From Candidatus Saccharimonadales bacterium (lineage in GTDB: Bacteria > Patescibacteriota > Saccharimonadia > Saccharimonadales > Saccharimonadaceae): a DNA stretch of 64,000 nt. Positions 40,282 to 48,463 of this stretch are shown here, one piece after another. The position numbers were made by a program, and so were the translations under genes. How positions within the stretch are numbered: position 1 is the stretch's first letter; each line of letters opens with the position of its first letter. The notes under the pieces are model-generated. The model was not told where the DNA came from and did not search any database. It saw only the letters and a program-made list of their open reading frames with translations. Location: positions 1,832 through 65,831 of the forward strand of contig JBDSLH010000007.1 of assembly GCA_039916485.1 (NCBI GenBank). The letters are read 5' to 3'.

Positions 40282-41712
40282 TTATTTATCTATAGTACGC
40301 ACACGGATTGTATCAGTCGCACCCGTCACGCCAGGTTGGCGTCCGCTCACGATCACAACAGTAGCGGGATGTGGTAAATAGCCGGACTTTACGAGTTCTT
40401 CAGCAAGATCCAGACCAGCACGATCACCATCAGGACGCAAAAAACTTTTGTTAGCGTATAGGAGCGCCATTTGTTGGGCTACTCTCGGGTCACTCGTCAC
40501 TGACACGATCGGCAGATGCGGACGATGGGCTGCAATATGCTGCGCGGTTGCACCAGACTTAGTTTCGGCGACGATGGCGCGTGCCTGGACCTGATGAGCA
40601 ACGGTAACTGCTGCCAAGCTAATGGCCGTCACGTGCTTGCCTAAGTATCGCGGTTCTCCAAGTGGACGCACAGGGATGTGCGTTTGCGTATACATGATGA
40701 TACGTTTCATGCTTTTGACCGTCTCGATCGGATATTGACCATTTGCTGTTTCGTCACTCAGCATGACGCAATCTGTCCCAATAACTACCGCATGGCTTAC
40801 GTCACTTACTTCTGCACGTGTTGGCTCAGGATTATCAACCATGCTCATCATCATTTGAGTGGCAACGATACTGATCTTTGCATGGTTATGGCACAATTCG
40901 ATAATGCGTCTCTGTACCATTGGGACGATCTCTGCACCTACTTCTACAGCCAAATCGCCTCGAGCGACCATGACTCCATCACTCGCTTCAATAATCTTTT
41001 CTAGCTCATCTTCATCAATAGCAGGTTTGGTCTCTATTTTTGCCACCACTCGTGCTGTGGAGCCTTTTTCTGCTAAATATTCTCGCAGCATATGAATGTC
41101 ATCTGCACTGTGCACAAAACTGAGACAAACATAGTCTATATCTTGCTGTGCCCCATACTCGATGTCTTGATAATCTTTCTCAGTCAGTACATCACCACCA
41201 AAATCAGTATCGGGTAGGTTGATGCCTTTTCGACTCATAAGCACACCATCGTTCTCGACACGCACTTCAACTGTGTGATCGACAATCTTTGTTGCGATAG
41301 TCTTTACCTTACCGTCATATATATAGACGCGCTCGCCTTCTTGGACTTTGGTAGCGATGTCATACTGGATCGGAAGTGTTTTTCCGTCATGTGCTACGCC
41401 GTAAGCAAGCTTGAGTATATCGCCTTTTTTTACATCGAGGTGATTGCCATCGATTTCGCCGAGGCGAATCTTTGGGCCTTGAAGATCCTGCAGGATTGCT
41501 ACTGGCTTCTTTAGCTCAGTTGAGGCTTTCCGTATCCAGGTGATCTGCTGATCACGATCTTTGTTTGTGCCGTGACTAAAATTAAGACGCAACCCGTTAA
41601 CTCCTGTAGCTATGAGGTCATAAATTGCCTCATATGAGTTTGTAGCAGGTCCGACAGTTGCTATGATTTTTGTTCGTTTAAAGATGATTGGGGTCGGTTC
41701 TTGTTCTAACAT
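40282..41712 (-). CDS. pyk: Pyruvate kinase
   Basis: TKIIATVGPA, NFSHG, MVARGDLAVE, ATQMMMSM motifs. Start placed at MLEQEPTP (the ORF-track start is 41745). Confidence 0.93.
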   Translation of the reverse strand: MLEQEPTPIIFKRTKIIATVGPATNSYEAIYDLIATGVNGLRLNFSHGTNKDRDQQITWIRKASTELKKPVAILQDLQGPKIRLGEIDGNHLDVKKGDILKLAYGVAHDGKTLPIQYDIATKVQEGERVYIYDGKVKTIATKIVDHTVEVRVENDGVLMSRKGINLPDTDFGGDVLTEKDYQDIEYGAQQDIDYVCLSFVHSADDIHMLREYLAEKGSTARVVAKIETKPAIDEDELEKIIEASDGVMVARGDLAVEVGAEIVPMVQRRIIELCHNHAKISIVATQMMMSMVDNPEPTRAEVSDVSHAVVIGTDCVMLSDETANGQYPIETVKSMKRIIMYTQTHIPVRPLGEPRYLGKHVTAISLAAVTVAHQVQARAIVAETKSGATAQHIAAHRPHLPIVSVTSDPRVAQQMALLYANKSFLRPDGDRAGLDLAEELVKSGYLPHPATVVIVSGRQPGVTGATDTIRVRTIDK

Positions 41713-41779
41713 ATATATAAATTGTATCGGCTTCTGCCCAAACATACCAGGTGTCAGGCCATAAGCAATATGCTATGAT

Positions 41780-42436
41780 GTGGCTATCATGCAACCGCAG
41801 CCACTCAATCCCTTCCCTGTCTCTGACGATAAATCGGCCTCGCCACCTGCTCCTGTCGTACCTATGCCACAAGTCAAATCCCAGGAGTCAAGCTCACTAA
41901 AACCTGTGGCACCGAGTGTCTTCGTGCAACCGGTCTCTCCATATACACATCAGTCCTCAATAAAACCGAAAGGGCCAACGGCAAAGATCGAGACCTTGCT
42001 GGTATCGTTACTTTCTAAGCCGGTGATCCAGTTACCTGACTACATGAAGGATATGGCAGCTCGTATGCTACCGTGGCTCACAATTATGATGTCCGTCATC
42101 GTAGCACCACTGGTCGTTGTCGGCCTCGCCATGGGTGGATTCCTCGGATTTTTGACGTCATTTTATGATATCAATACCAACCCATTTTACTGGATAACGG
42201 TCGTACTGCTTATCACGCAGCTAATACTTATGATTACTGCCGTGCCCCGACTGTTGCGTGAATCTCGACGCGGCTGGTACTTACTGTTTCTAGCGTCGCT
42301 ATTTGGGATTGTAACGCTTATCACCAATATATTTGCCCAATTCGTCGCTCCTATCACGGCACTCCTCATAGGTCTTGTAGTTTTCACATTGATTTTATAC
42401 GTGTTATTCCAGACGCGGTCGTACTACACAAACTAG
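41780..42436 (+). CDS. Membrane protein with Pro-rich N-terminus and 4 TM helices
   Basis: Hydrophobicity pattern only. Confidence 0.5.
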   Translation: MAIMQPQPLNPFPVSDDKSASPPAPVVPMPQVKSQESSSLKPVAPSVFVQPVSPYTHQSSIKPKGPTAKIETLLVSLLSKPVIQLPDYMKDMAARMLPWLTIMMSVIVAPLVVVGLAMGGFLGFLTSFYDINTNPFYWITVVLLITQLILMITAVPRLLRESRRGWYLLFLASLFGIVTLITNIFAQFVAPITALLIGLVVFTLILYVLFQTRSYYTN

Positions 42437-42838
42437 CTATACATTAAAAACAGGGGTTTGATGTAATGTATCTGGATTTTCTGGTGCTTCAACTACTTTC
42501 TTTACAATTGAATAGTTAGCCATACTGTCCACCACTTCTTCGACTGCAACTATTTCATGACCAGGGATCACCACAAACTGCTTTCTATCTGTATGTATCT
42601 GCTCATATTCCTTCAAACTCATGTCAATTCGTAGTACGCAGTCTTCATCAGAACATTCACAGTAAAATTTCAAAATAGTATCTTCAGGAATCGGCACTTC
42701 CTCTTCACCCTCTGTTTTGGATATCTCATTTAAAAGTTTGATGTCGTCCTGAACAGACTCATTTCGCTTTCGAAACATAGCTTCGTTTTCTACAAGTTTA
42801 TCAATAGGCAATTTTGTGTTCATATGTAAAGTATACAT
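42437..42838 (-). CDS. Hypothetical protein
   Basis: 133-aa ORF with a CxC...C cluster (YCECSDEDC). No family recognised. Confidence 0.45.
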   Translation of the reverse strand: MYTLHMNTKLPIDKLVENEAMFRKRNESVQDDIKLLNEISKTEGEEEVPIPEDTILKFYCECSDEDCVLRIDMSLKEYEQIHTDRKQFVVIPGHEIVAVEEVVDSMANYSIVKKVVEAPENPDTLHQTPVFNV

Positions 42839-42934
42839 AAAGTATTAGATTACAACGAAAAGATAGTTCAAAATAATTAGTTGGTTACGAGAAAACCAAT
42901 ACAAAAACCCCAGCTTTCGCTGAGGTATTTGTAT

Positions 42935-43009
42935 TGGTGATCCCGCGGGGAATCGAACCCCGGTTGCCAGGATGAAAACCTGGTGTCCTAACCGTTAGAC
43001 GACGGGACC
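42935..43009 (-). tRNA. tRNA-Glu (anticodon UUC), CCA encoded
   Basis: The reverse complement GGTCCCGTCGTCTAACGGTTAGGACACCAGGTTTTCATCCTGGCAACCGGGGTTCGATTCCCCGCGGGATCACCA folds as a cloverleaf with anticodon loop TTTTCAT. Own promoter (TATAAT at ~43031) and a GNRA-hairpin terminator downstream (~42909-42930). Confidence 0.93.
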
Positions 43010-43118
43010 ATGACATTATGGAACTGACTGATTATAACAAACAATAACAGATGTGAAAAGTGCACAGGGGACCTGCTGTCACAGGGTGAGGCGAGTGGCC
43101 TCACCCCGTGACAAAGCA

Positions 43119-43730
43119 TCAGGCAGTGATCAGCTGACTTGCGTGACACACACGCAGGCAGTCAGGCGAGTCCAGCACGTCATCAGACGGCTCTTGCTCG
43201 AAGACCTTCGCGATCTCCTCCCAGCCGTTGATGATCGGCTTGGAGCTGATGACGAGCCCATCGGGGTTGGACGGATCGAAATCCCTCCAGTTCTCCGGGA
43301 TGCCGTTCTTCGGACTCTCAGGTCCGGGACGATCTTGGGGACGGTGCGGGCGTGGGTGCTGGTTGCCGTCGGTGACGATCAGCCCACGCACACGATTGCC
43401 TCGAGCGGTGGTCTTGGTCACGTTCGTTGCCACCAGACGATCGCTGGTGAATTTGGCGCGACCCTGACGGATCAGTTCTTGGACGTGCATCCTGATGGAT
43501 TCGATCGGTGCCCCGAGTCGATGTGCCAAGCGGCGAATCGCCTGTTCGCCGGTGCCATAGACACCGGACTTGCGCCGTCGGTTGATGAAGCATCTTGCCT
43601 TGCGGATTGTCGCCAGAACATCTTGAACTGTCAACACAACGAAATCCTCCTGTGCAAATTGTGAAGTATAACGAGGATCCTCCTGCGCTGGCTGCGCAAA
43701 AGTGAAAGAAACATCGTTGTTTCCTGTCAC
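43119..43730 (-). CDS. Hypothetical protein encoded on a GC-rich island (HTH-like segment), probable foreign origin
   Basis: 203-aa ORF (GTG start) with G/C-rich third codon positions from about codon 35 onward. GEQAIRRLAHRLGAPIESIRMHVQELIRQG resembles a sigma-region-4/HTH helix pair. 42/60 G+C counted in 43321-43380 versus 16/60 in 42841-42900. Start codon uncertain. Confidence 0.55.
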   Translation of the reverse strand: MTGNNDVSFTFAQPAQEDPRYTSQFAQEDFVVLTVQDVLATIRKARCFINRRRKSGVYGTGEQAIRRLAHRLGAPIESIRMHVQELIRQGRAKFTSDRLVATNVTKTTARGNRVRGLIVTDGNQHPRPHRPQDRPGPESPKNGIPENWRDFDPSNPDGLVISSKPIINGWEEIAKVFEQEPSDDVLDSPDCLRVCHASQLITA

Positions 43731-43741
43731 GTTATCTGTTG

Positions 43742-43770
43742 TTTATACCAAATTTGACATCTGTTGTCAA
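43742..43770 (-). promoter_or_regulatory. Consensus-like promoter (TTGACA-17-TATAAA) whose -35 lies in a perfect inverted repeat TTGACA-N5-TGTCAA
   Basis: The minus strand reads TTGACA ACAGATGTCAAATTTGG TATAAA, ending 11 nt before the GTG at 43730. The palindrome spans 43754-43770. Confidence 0.45.
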
Positions 43771-43787
43771 TCATGTCAACGCACTTT

Positions 43788-45038
43788 CTACAGTTTGGGC
43801 AAGTCTGTCCAACTAGTCGTGTAGCGAGGGCTACGTAATTCTTGTTTACTATGCCATGTATTCTTTTTCTCTCGCTCTGCCGCGTGATAGATGATCCCGC
43901 CGTATTTGCTGTTCAATACGTCCATAGACGCCATGAGTTCAGTCCGTTGGTCTCGTTTATTCTCGGACGAGAGCATTGATAGCTGCCAATCTTTTCGATC
44001 AACGATGTCATGCAAGATCACTCCTCCCTTCTGGTATGCGAACTGATCATCATAGATATCCTCAAGACCTTGTAGAGCAGCAGTAACAATCCGGGCCGTA
44101 TCAGCCGATGCTTCAGGCAGCACAACCAGTGTTGATAGATATACTCGTGGTTGATCTTTTGTATGTCGATTGGCCGACAGAAACACTACTATATGCCTAG
44201 CTACACTATCCTGAGCACGTAGCTTAACTGCTGTCTGGGCAGCAAAAGACGCTATGGCAGACTCAAGCACGTGGTAGGCCCGGACCTTATGGCCAAAACT
44301 TCGAGATCTCATAATCTGCTTGCGTTGCTCATGTTTATCACCGAATGGTATTCGTGCCACCCCACGAAGTTCATCAATCATCTTTTGTCCAACTATATTA
44401 AATTGTTGTCTCACCCATCCATCGGACATCGATATCAGCTGCATCGCGGTAGATATACCGACATTTTGTAATTTTGGAGCTGTTCGCCAGCCGACTCCCC
44501 AAATATCTTCTACTGGTAAAGCCGACAGCATTTCAGTCCGTGTAACTTCGTCGATAACGGCATACACTCCGCGCCTTTTTTTCGCATACGTGCTGGCTAC
44601 CTTCGCCAGGGTTTTCGTTGGCGCAACCCCGATAGATACCGGTATGCCTACTTCTCGTGTTATTCGTTGTCGAACTTCTTGTGCCCATGCATCATAATCC
44701 TCAATCTGTAGCTCTGATAAGTCCATAAATGCTTCATCGATCGAATACACCTCAATAAGTGGAGTTACTTCACGCAGAATGGTCACAATACGCTCGCTGA
44801 CATTGCCATACAGCTCGAAATTCGCAGAAAACATCGTCACTTGATGTAGTTTTATCAGAGATTCATATTTAAACCTCGGGGCACCCATCGGCAGCCCGAT
44901 ATCTTTTGCTTCTTGGCTACGAGAGATAAAACACCCATCGTTATTACTGAGCACTACTACCGGTTTCGTCGTCAGCTCAGGACGAAATAGTCTCTCACAG
45001 CTCACAAAGAAATTATTACAATCTATCAACGCGTACAT
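43788..45038 (-). CDS. umuC: Y-family translesion DNA polymerase, UmuC-like
   Basis: MYALIDCNNFFVSCE, SIDEAFMDL, GIGVAPTKTLAK-type motifs. Start MYALID overlaps the upstream stop as TAATG. Confidence 0.9.
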   Translation of the reverse strand: MYALIDCNNFFVSCERLFRPELTTKPVVVLSNNDGCFISRSQEAKDIGLPMGAPRFKYESLIKLHQVTMFSANFELYGNVSERIVTILREVTPLIEVYSIDEAFMDLSELQIEDYDAWAQEVRQRITREVGIPVSIGVAPTKTLAKVASTYAKKRRGVYAVIDEVTRTEMLSALPVEDIWGVGWRTAPKLQNVGISTAMQLISMSDGWVRQQFNIVGQKMIDELRGVARIPFGDKHEQRKQIMRSRSFGHKVRAYHVLESAIASFAAQTAVKLRAQDSVARHIVVFLSANRHTKDQPRVYLSTLVVLPEASADTARIVTAALQGLEDIYDDQFAYQKGGVILHDIVDRKDWQLSMLSSENKRDQRTELMASMDVLNSKYGGIIYHAAEREKKNTWHSKQELRSPRYTTSWTDLPKL

Positions 45039-45397
45039 TACAAATAACTCTGCACACAGTGCGTTATGACGCCCCAAAGAAGTACGGATTCGTCTAACCG
45101 ATGGCCGCTGAGATCTACAAAATGGTTGTCTCTCATCCGTGCTACTACAAAATCATCATCTACTACGACCACAGAGAGGCGGCTGGTCGTGGGGACTGCA
45201 GCACGATCAACAACCACAATACTATCTGCCTTCCAACCAAGCAGTGGGATTTCCTGCTCTAGACGCCAAAAATACGTACTGGCTCGGTGTTGTATGACTA
45301 ATTTGTCCAAGCTTAGATTTTGTCCATGTTGATCTTCACCGGCATTTGGAAAACCTGCGTGATATACCAACCCCTCACTTGTCGCACCTTTTTTCAT
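45038..45397 (-). CDS. UmuD-like S24-fold protein lacking the Ser/Lys catalytic dyad
   Basis: Aligns by eye to E. coli UmuD (HAGFPNAGED vs QCGFPSPAADY; LVIQHRASTYF vs LLIQHPSATYF; WGVITH vs FGVVIH). GDSM is replaced by EQEIP and VKK by VAR. Confidence 0.75.
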   Translation of the reverse strand: MKKGATSEGLVYHAGFPNAGEDQHGQNLSLDKLVIQHRASTYFWRLEQEIPLLGWKADSIVVVDRAAVPTTSRLSVVVVDDDFVVARMRDNHFVDLSGHRLDESVLLWGVITHCVQSYL

Positions 45398-45448
45398 CTC
45401 TTTAGTATAACGTGATCCTTGTACAATTGCATATTTTATTAAATAGTA

Positions 45449-45477
45449 TTGACAAAATGTAAAATATTTGATATAAT
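45449..45477 (+). promoter_or_regulatory. Consensus sigma70 promoter (TTGACA-17-TATAAT) for the first surface-protein gene
   Basis: Exact hexamers at 45449-45454 and 45472-45477. Strong SD GGGAGGAG before the ATG at 45518. Confidence 0.65.
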
Positions 45478-45517
45478 ATGAAGATAGTTTATTAATACCT
45501 TTGGGAGGAGAACGACT

Positions 45518-46207
45518 ATGAACGCATTTAAGAACCTAATTGTAGGTACAGCAGTTCTCACGGTGGGCGCATTTGTTGCCCTTCCAGTAAACGTATCAGC
45601 AGCTGCCAACAATGGCACGCTAAAAGTACACGAGCAAGGCACCCCTGCCGCGACAGAAAGCAACGATCCTAAAGTTTGTAACTTTAACTTCGAAGGTTTT
45701 GGATTCGACAAAGGCCAAAGCGGTAGTATCGTTATAACCACACAAGGTGGTGGTAACGACAAAACTGAGGTAAAACAAATTAATCTTCCTGCTGCAAACG
45801 CAAACGGATACACAGAATCAACATATCTTACTCTTGCTAACGGTCATTACAAAACGACACTATACGGTAAAAGTACTAACGGTAGCGCAGACTACAACAA
45901 TGAGCTCAAAGCTAAAAGCAAAGTGATCAAAGTAGACTGCCCAGTTGTTGTGACGCCTCCAGTTACTGTAGTGACACCTGTCACTCCTCGTAACCCTGGC
46001 ACTACCACGCCTACTCCAGGCGTTGCAGGTACAACAACCGAATCTGGTCGTGTACTTGCCGAATCTGCAACAACAACCAAGGGAGCGGGTGCTCAGCTGC
46101 CTGAATCAATAGCAGCTACAGGCGCAAATCCACTTCAAATATTGTTTAACACATTGTTTGCGGGGCTTGGTGTGTATAGCTCGATGCTATTACGCAAAAA
46201 CAAGTAA
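45518..46207 (+). CDS. Secreted cell-surface protein with LPXTG-like C-terminal sorting signal (IAATGA + TM + RKNK)
   Basis: Signal peptide (..ALPVNVSAAA). Ig-like/prealbumin-like domain (GTLKVHEQG...). Pro/Thr/Val linker. C-terminus LPESIAATGANPLQILFNTLFAGLGVYSSMLLRKNK. Confidence 0.8.
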   Translation: MNAFKNLIVGTAVLTVGAFVALPVNVSAAANNGTLKVHEQGTPAATESNDPKVCNFNFEGFGFDKGQSGSIVITTQGGGNDKTEVKQINLPAANANGYTESTYLTLANGHYKTTLYGKSTNGSADYNNELKAKSKVIKVDCPVVVTPPVTVVTPVTPRNPGTTTPTPGVAGTTTESGRVLAESATTTKGAGAQLPESIAATGANPLQILFNTLFAGLGVYSSMLLRKNK

Positions 46208-46223
46208 AAGGCTCCGGTGTTTA

Positions 46224-46258
46224 ATAAGAGACGTCAAACGACGTCTCTTATCTTGTTT
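46224..46258 (+). terminator. Intrinsic terminator (12-bp stem ATAAGAGACGTC/GACGTCTCTTAT, T-rich tail)
   Basis: Perfect hairpin directly after the stop codon. Confidence 0.65.
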
Positions 46259-46275
46259 ATGGTTATAAAATAATA

Positions 46276-46303
46276 TTGACAATAGATAAAATAAGTGTAT
46301 AAT
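46276..46303 (+). promoter_or_regulatory. Near-consensus promoter (TTGACA-16-TATAAT)
   Basis: Hexamers at 46276-46281 and 46298-46303. Confidence 0.6.
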
Positions 46304-46366
46304 TTGTCAAAATATAAGAAATACATCGTGGTAACTTAACTGGGTGGCAGAAAAGAGACGATACAT

Positions 46367-48292
46367 ATGAACCGACTTTCACAAACCTTTAAGGTTGGCT
46401 TGGCATTGCTATTTGCAGTTTTGTCTACTAACCTGTTACCTGTGTACGCATCAGCGTTAGCAGCGCCTGATCCAGTAACTCCTGTGCAAAAAGTAGATAT
46501 ATGTCATAGTGCCGGACAATCAGGCAAGTATACAATCAATAATATCGATACATCTGCAATAGATGAGCTAAACAACCCTGACAGTAATAATGGCCATGGT
46601 ACGCACGAAAACGATATAATTCCACCTTTTACGAGCAGCCCCGACAATGTTGTGTATCCGGGTAAAAACTGGAATGAAACAACTCAAGCAATTTATGAGA
46701 AGGATTGTAAAACCGAATCAGATATTGAGAGTGATTCGCCTACAGCCCCTACATTCAATGCGATTACTAAGTGTGGGGAATACGGCAGCGTCGTATTGCC
46801 TATTGATACGGATACAATCACATATTCAATAGCACCAACTAATCCAACGCAAGGTGCATTTACCGTAACTGCGAATCCTGCAAAAGATATTGATCTAGAC
46901 GTCACCGGCACAAGCTATGTGTTGGGTCAGAACGGTAAAGCAACATTTACCGGCAACCTAGATACATACACTGTATGTGAACAGCCTACCACGCTCGTGG
47001 AGTGTGAATCTTATCAGCTAATTGAAGCTACAAACCTCAACCTAAATGGCTGGACTCTTGTGCGAGGTGCAACTTTTGTAGACGGTGGTATCAATCTTAA
47101 CAGTCCTGGCGATTGGACAAGCTCTACAATCACTCGTGCGATGAGTGGTACACTTGCTGATCTAGGTACAGGTGTAAGCTATACTCCAGATACACAATAT
47201 CTTGGCCTCCATGTTAAAACAGCCGAAGGCACCCTCGTATATGAATCAGCATATGGTGGTAATTGGTGGCTCGACGATAGTACTGCTTTAGCAAACATGA
47301 AAACAAATGCTCCACACCAAGGTGGTGGCCAAGGAAGCAATTACTATGGAACCCTCCAAGAATGGGCAGCAGCATTCCCTAAGCTTCAGGTTGAAAAGCT
47401 TACTGTTTTATACACAAGCCCAACACCGGCAAACACTACAGTTACGTCTGTAAAAATTGACTGTAAGGAATATACATTTGATTACGAACGTGTTGCACTG
47501 CCTTGTTCTGTAAAAAGTAACACATACAGCGATGTCTGGTCATACGACGGTTACACGTATCCTGAAGCTGATGATTACAAAGTCGGCGGCACAAACGTCG
47601 TTAACAACGGTACATACAGCTTTACGAACGAAGGACTACACATCTCTACTCCTGACAAGCCTGCATATGTGTTTGGACTCTTTGACGGAGGCAACACTGC
47701 TCTCGCCGACATCAGCGATATGGGATATACAACATTCCGTAAAGCAATTTCTGCTGGATATGAGCAAACTCTACCTGCATATATCCTCTACGTCGACACC
47801 AATGGGGCTACCGCGGGCGGTGAAACCTACTTCTTCTACGAGCCTTACTATAATGGTGCAGTGATCGAAGATTCTTGGCAGACTTGGGACGCAATTAACG
47901 GCGGAAACGCAAAATGGTATGTTAGCGGCACGGGTCAAACACTCCGAAGTTGGAGCTACCTTGTAGCAAACTACCCTGATGCAGAAGTACTCGCATATGG
48001 ATTTAACCAAGGTACAAGCAACGCTGAAACTTACACTGTTATCCAAGACATGAAGTTTGACTGTGCAACAACACATTTCTCAGCACCGCAGGTGCTCGGT
48101 GAAGAAACAACAGATCCAACACCCGTGACTCCTACAGTCATCGTACCGACACTAGCTGCCGTGCTTCCTGCGCAGATCGCTGCTACCGGTGCAAATGACA
48201 ACCAATCATCGGTAATACTACTGACCGGTATCGTTTTCAGCGCAATGACATATTTCTTCGTACTACGACGTCAAAAATCGTACGAACTTTAG
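46367..48292 (+). CDS. Large secreted cell-surface protein with N-terminal CH..GH..H..DIIPPF module and LPXTG-like sorting signal (IAATGA)
   Basis: Signal peptide. Module at aa 44-114. C-terminus LPAQIAATGANDNQSSVILLTGIVFSAMTYFFVLRRQK. Confidence 0.8.
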   Translation: MNRLSQTFKVGLALLFAVLSTNLLPVYASALAAPDPVTPVQKVDICHSAGQSGKYTINNIDTSAIDELNNPDSNNGHGTHENDIIPPFTSSPDNVVYPGKNWNETTQAIYEKDCKTESDIESDSPTAPTFNAITKCGEYGSVVLPIDTDTITYSIAPTNPTQGAFTVTANPAKDIDLDVTGTSYVLGQNGKATFTGNLDTYTVCEQPTTLVECESYQLIEATNLNLNGWTLVRGATFVDGGINLNSPGDWTSSTITRAMSGTLADLGTGVSYTPDTQYLGLHVKTAEGTLVYESAYGGNWWLDDSTALANMKTNAPHQGGGQGSNYYGTLQEWAAAFPKLQVEKLTVLYTSPTPANTTVTSVKIDCKEYTFDYERVALPCSVKSNTYSDVWSYDGYTYPEADDYKVGGTNVVNNGTYSFTNEGLHISTPDKPAYVFGLFDGGNTALADISDMGYTTFRKAISAGYEQTLPAYILYVDTNGATAGGETYFFYEPYYNGAVIEDSWQTWDAINGGNAKWYVSGTGQTLRSWSYLVANYPDAEVLAYGFNQGTSNAETYTVIQDMKFDCATTHFSAPQVLGEETTDPTPVTPTVIVPTLAAVLPAQIAATGANDNQSSVILLTGIVFSAMTYFFVLRRQKSYEL

Positions 48293-48304
48293 TCAATAGT
48301 TGAG

Positions 48305-48344
48305 ATATTAAATACCCCTGTCACCAGATAGGGGTATTTAATAT
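48305..48344 (+). terminator. 15-bp perfect hairpin after the gene (terminator-like, no clear T-run)
   Basis: ATATTAAATACCCCT ... AGGGGTATTTAATAT. Confidence 0.45.
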
Positions 48345-48463
48345 AGAGAAAAATGTGATCTAGATTACAGTTTTATCACAAATCATAGGAGTACCATAAA
48401 GATACTTAAACCAAAACTGCGGGTAAATCTACAACTTATAAAGTGGGGAAGAGGGGTTCTACA

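Noticed and set aside
43053-43664. 203-aa plus-strand ORF mirroring the GC-island gene
   Set aside because: It is a same-length antisense shadow ORF, typical of GC-rich genes. Its sequence is Arg/Leu/Asp/Gly-rich with no motif. The minus-strand frame has the GC3 bias, promoter and terminator.
43046-43765. Treating the GC island as a bona fide mobile element with terminal inverted repeats
   Set aside because: The flanking inverted matches are only 9-13 nt, lie in AT-rich sequence where such matches arise by chance, and no transposase is present. It is mentioned as weak evidence only.
45398-45448. SOS/LexA box upstream of the umuD-like gene (palindrome TTGTACAATTG at ~45419-45429)
   Set aside because: It matches neither the CTGT-N8-ACAG nor the CGAAC-N4-GTTCG LexA consensus, and no lexA gene is in the window. 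It is too short to call.
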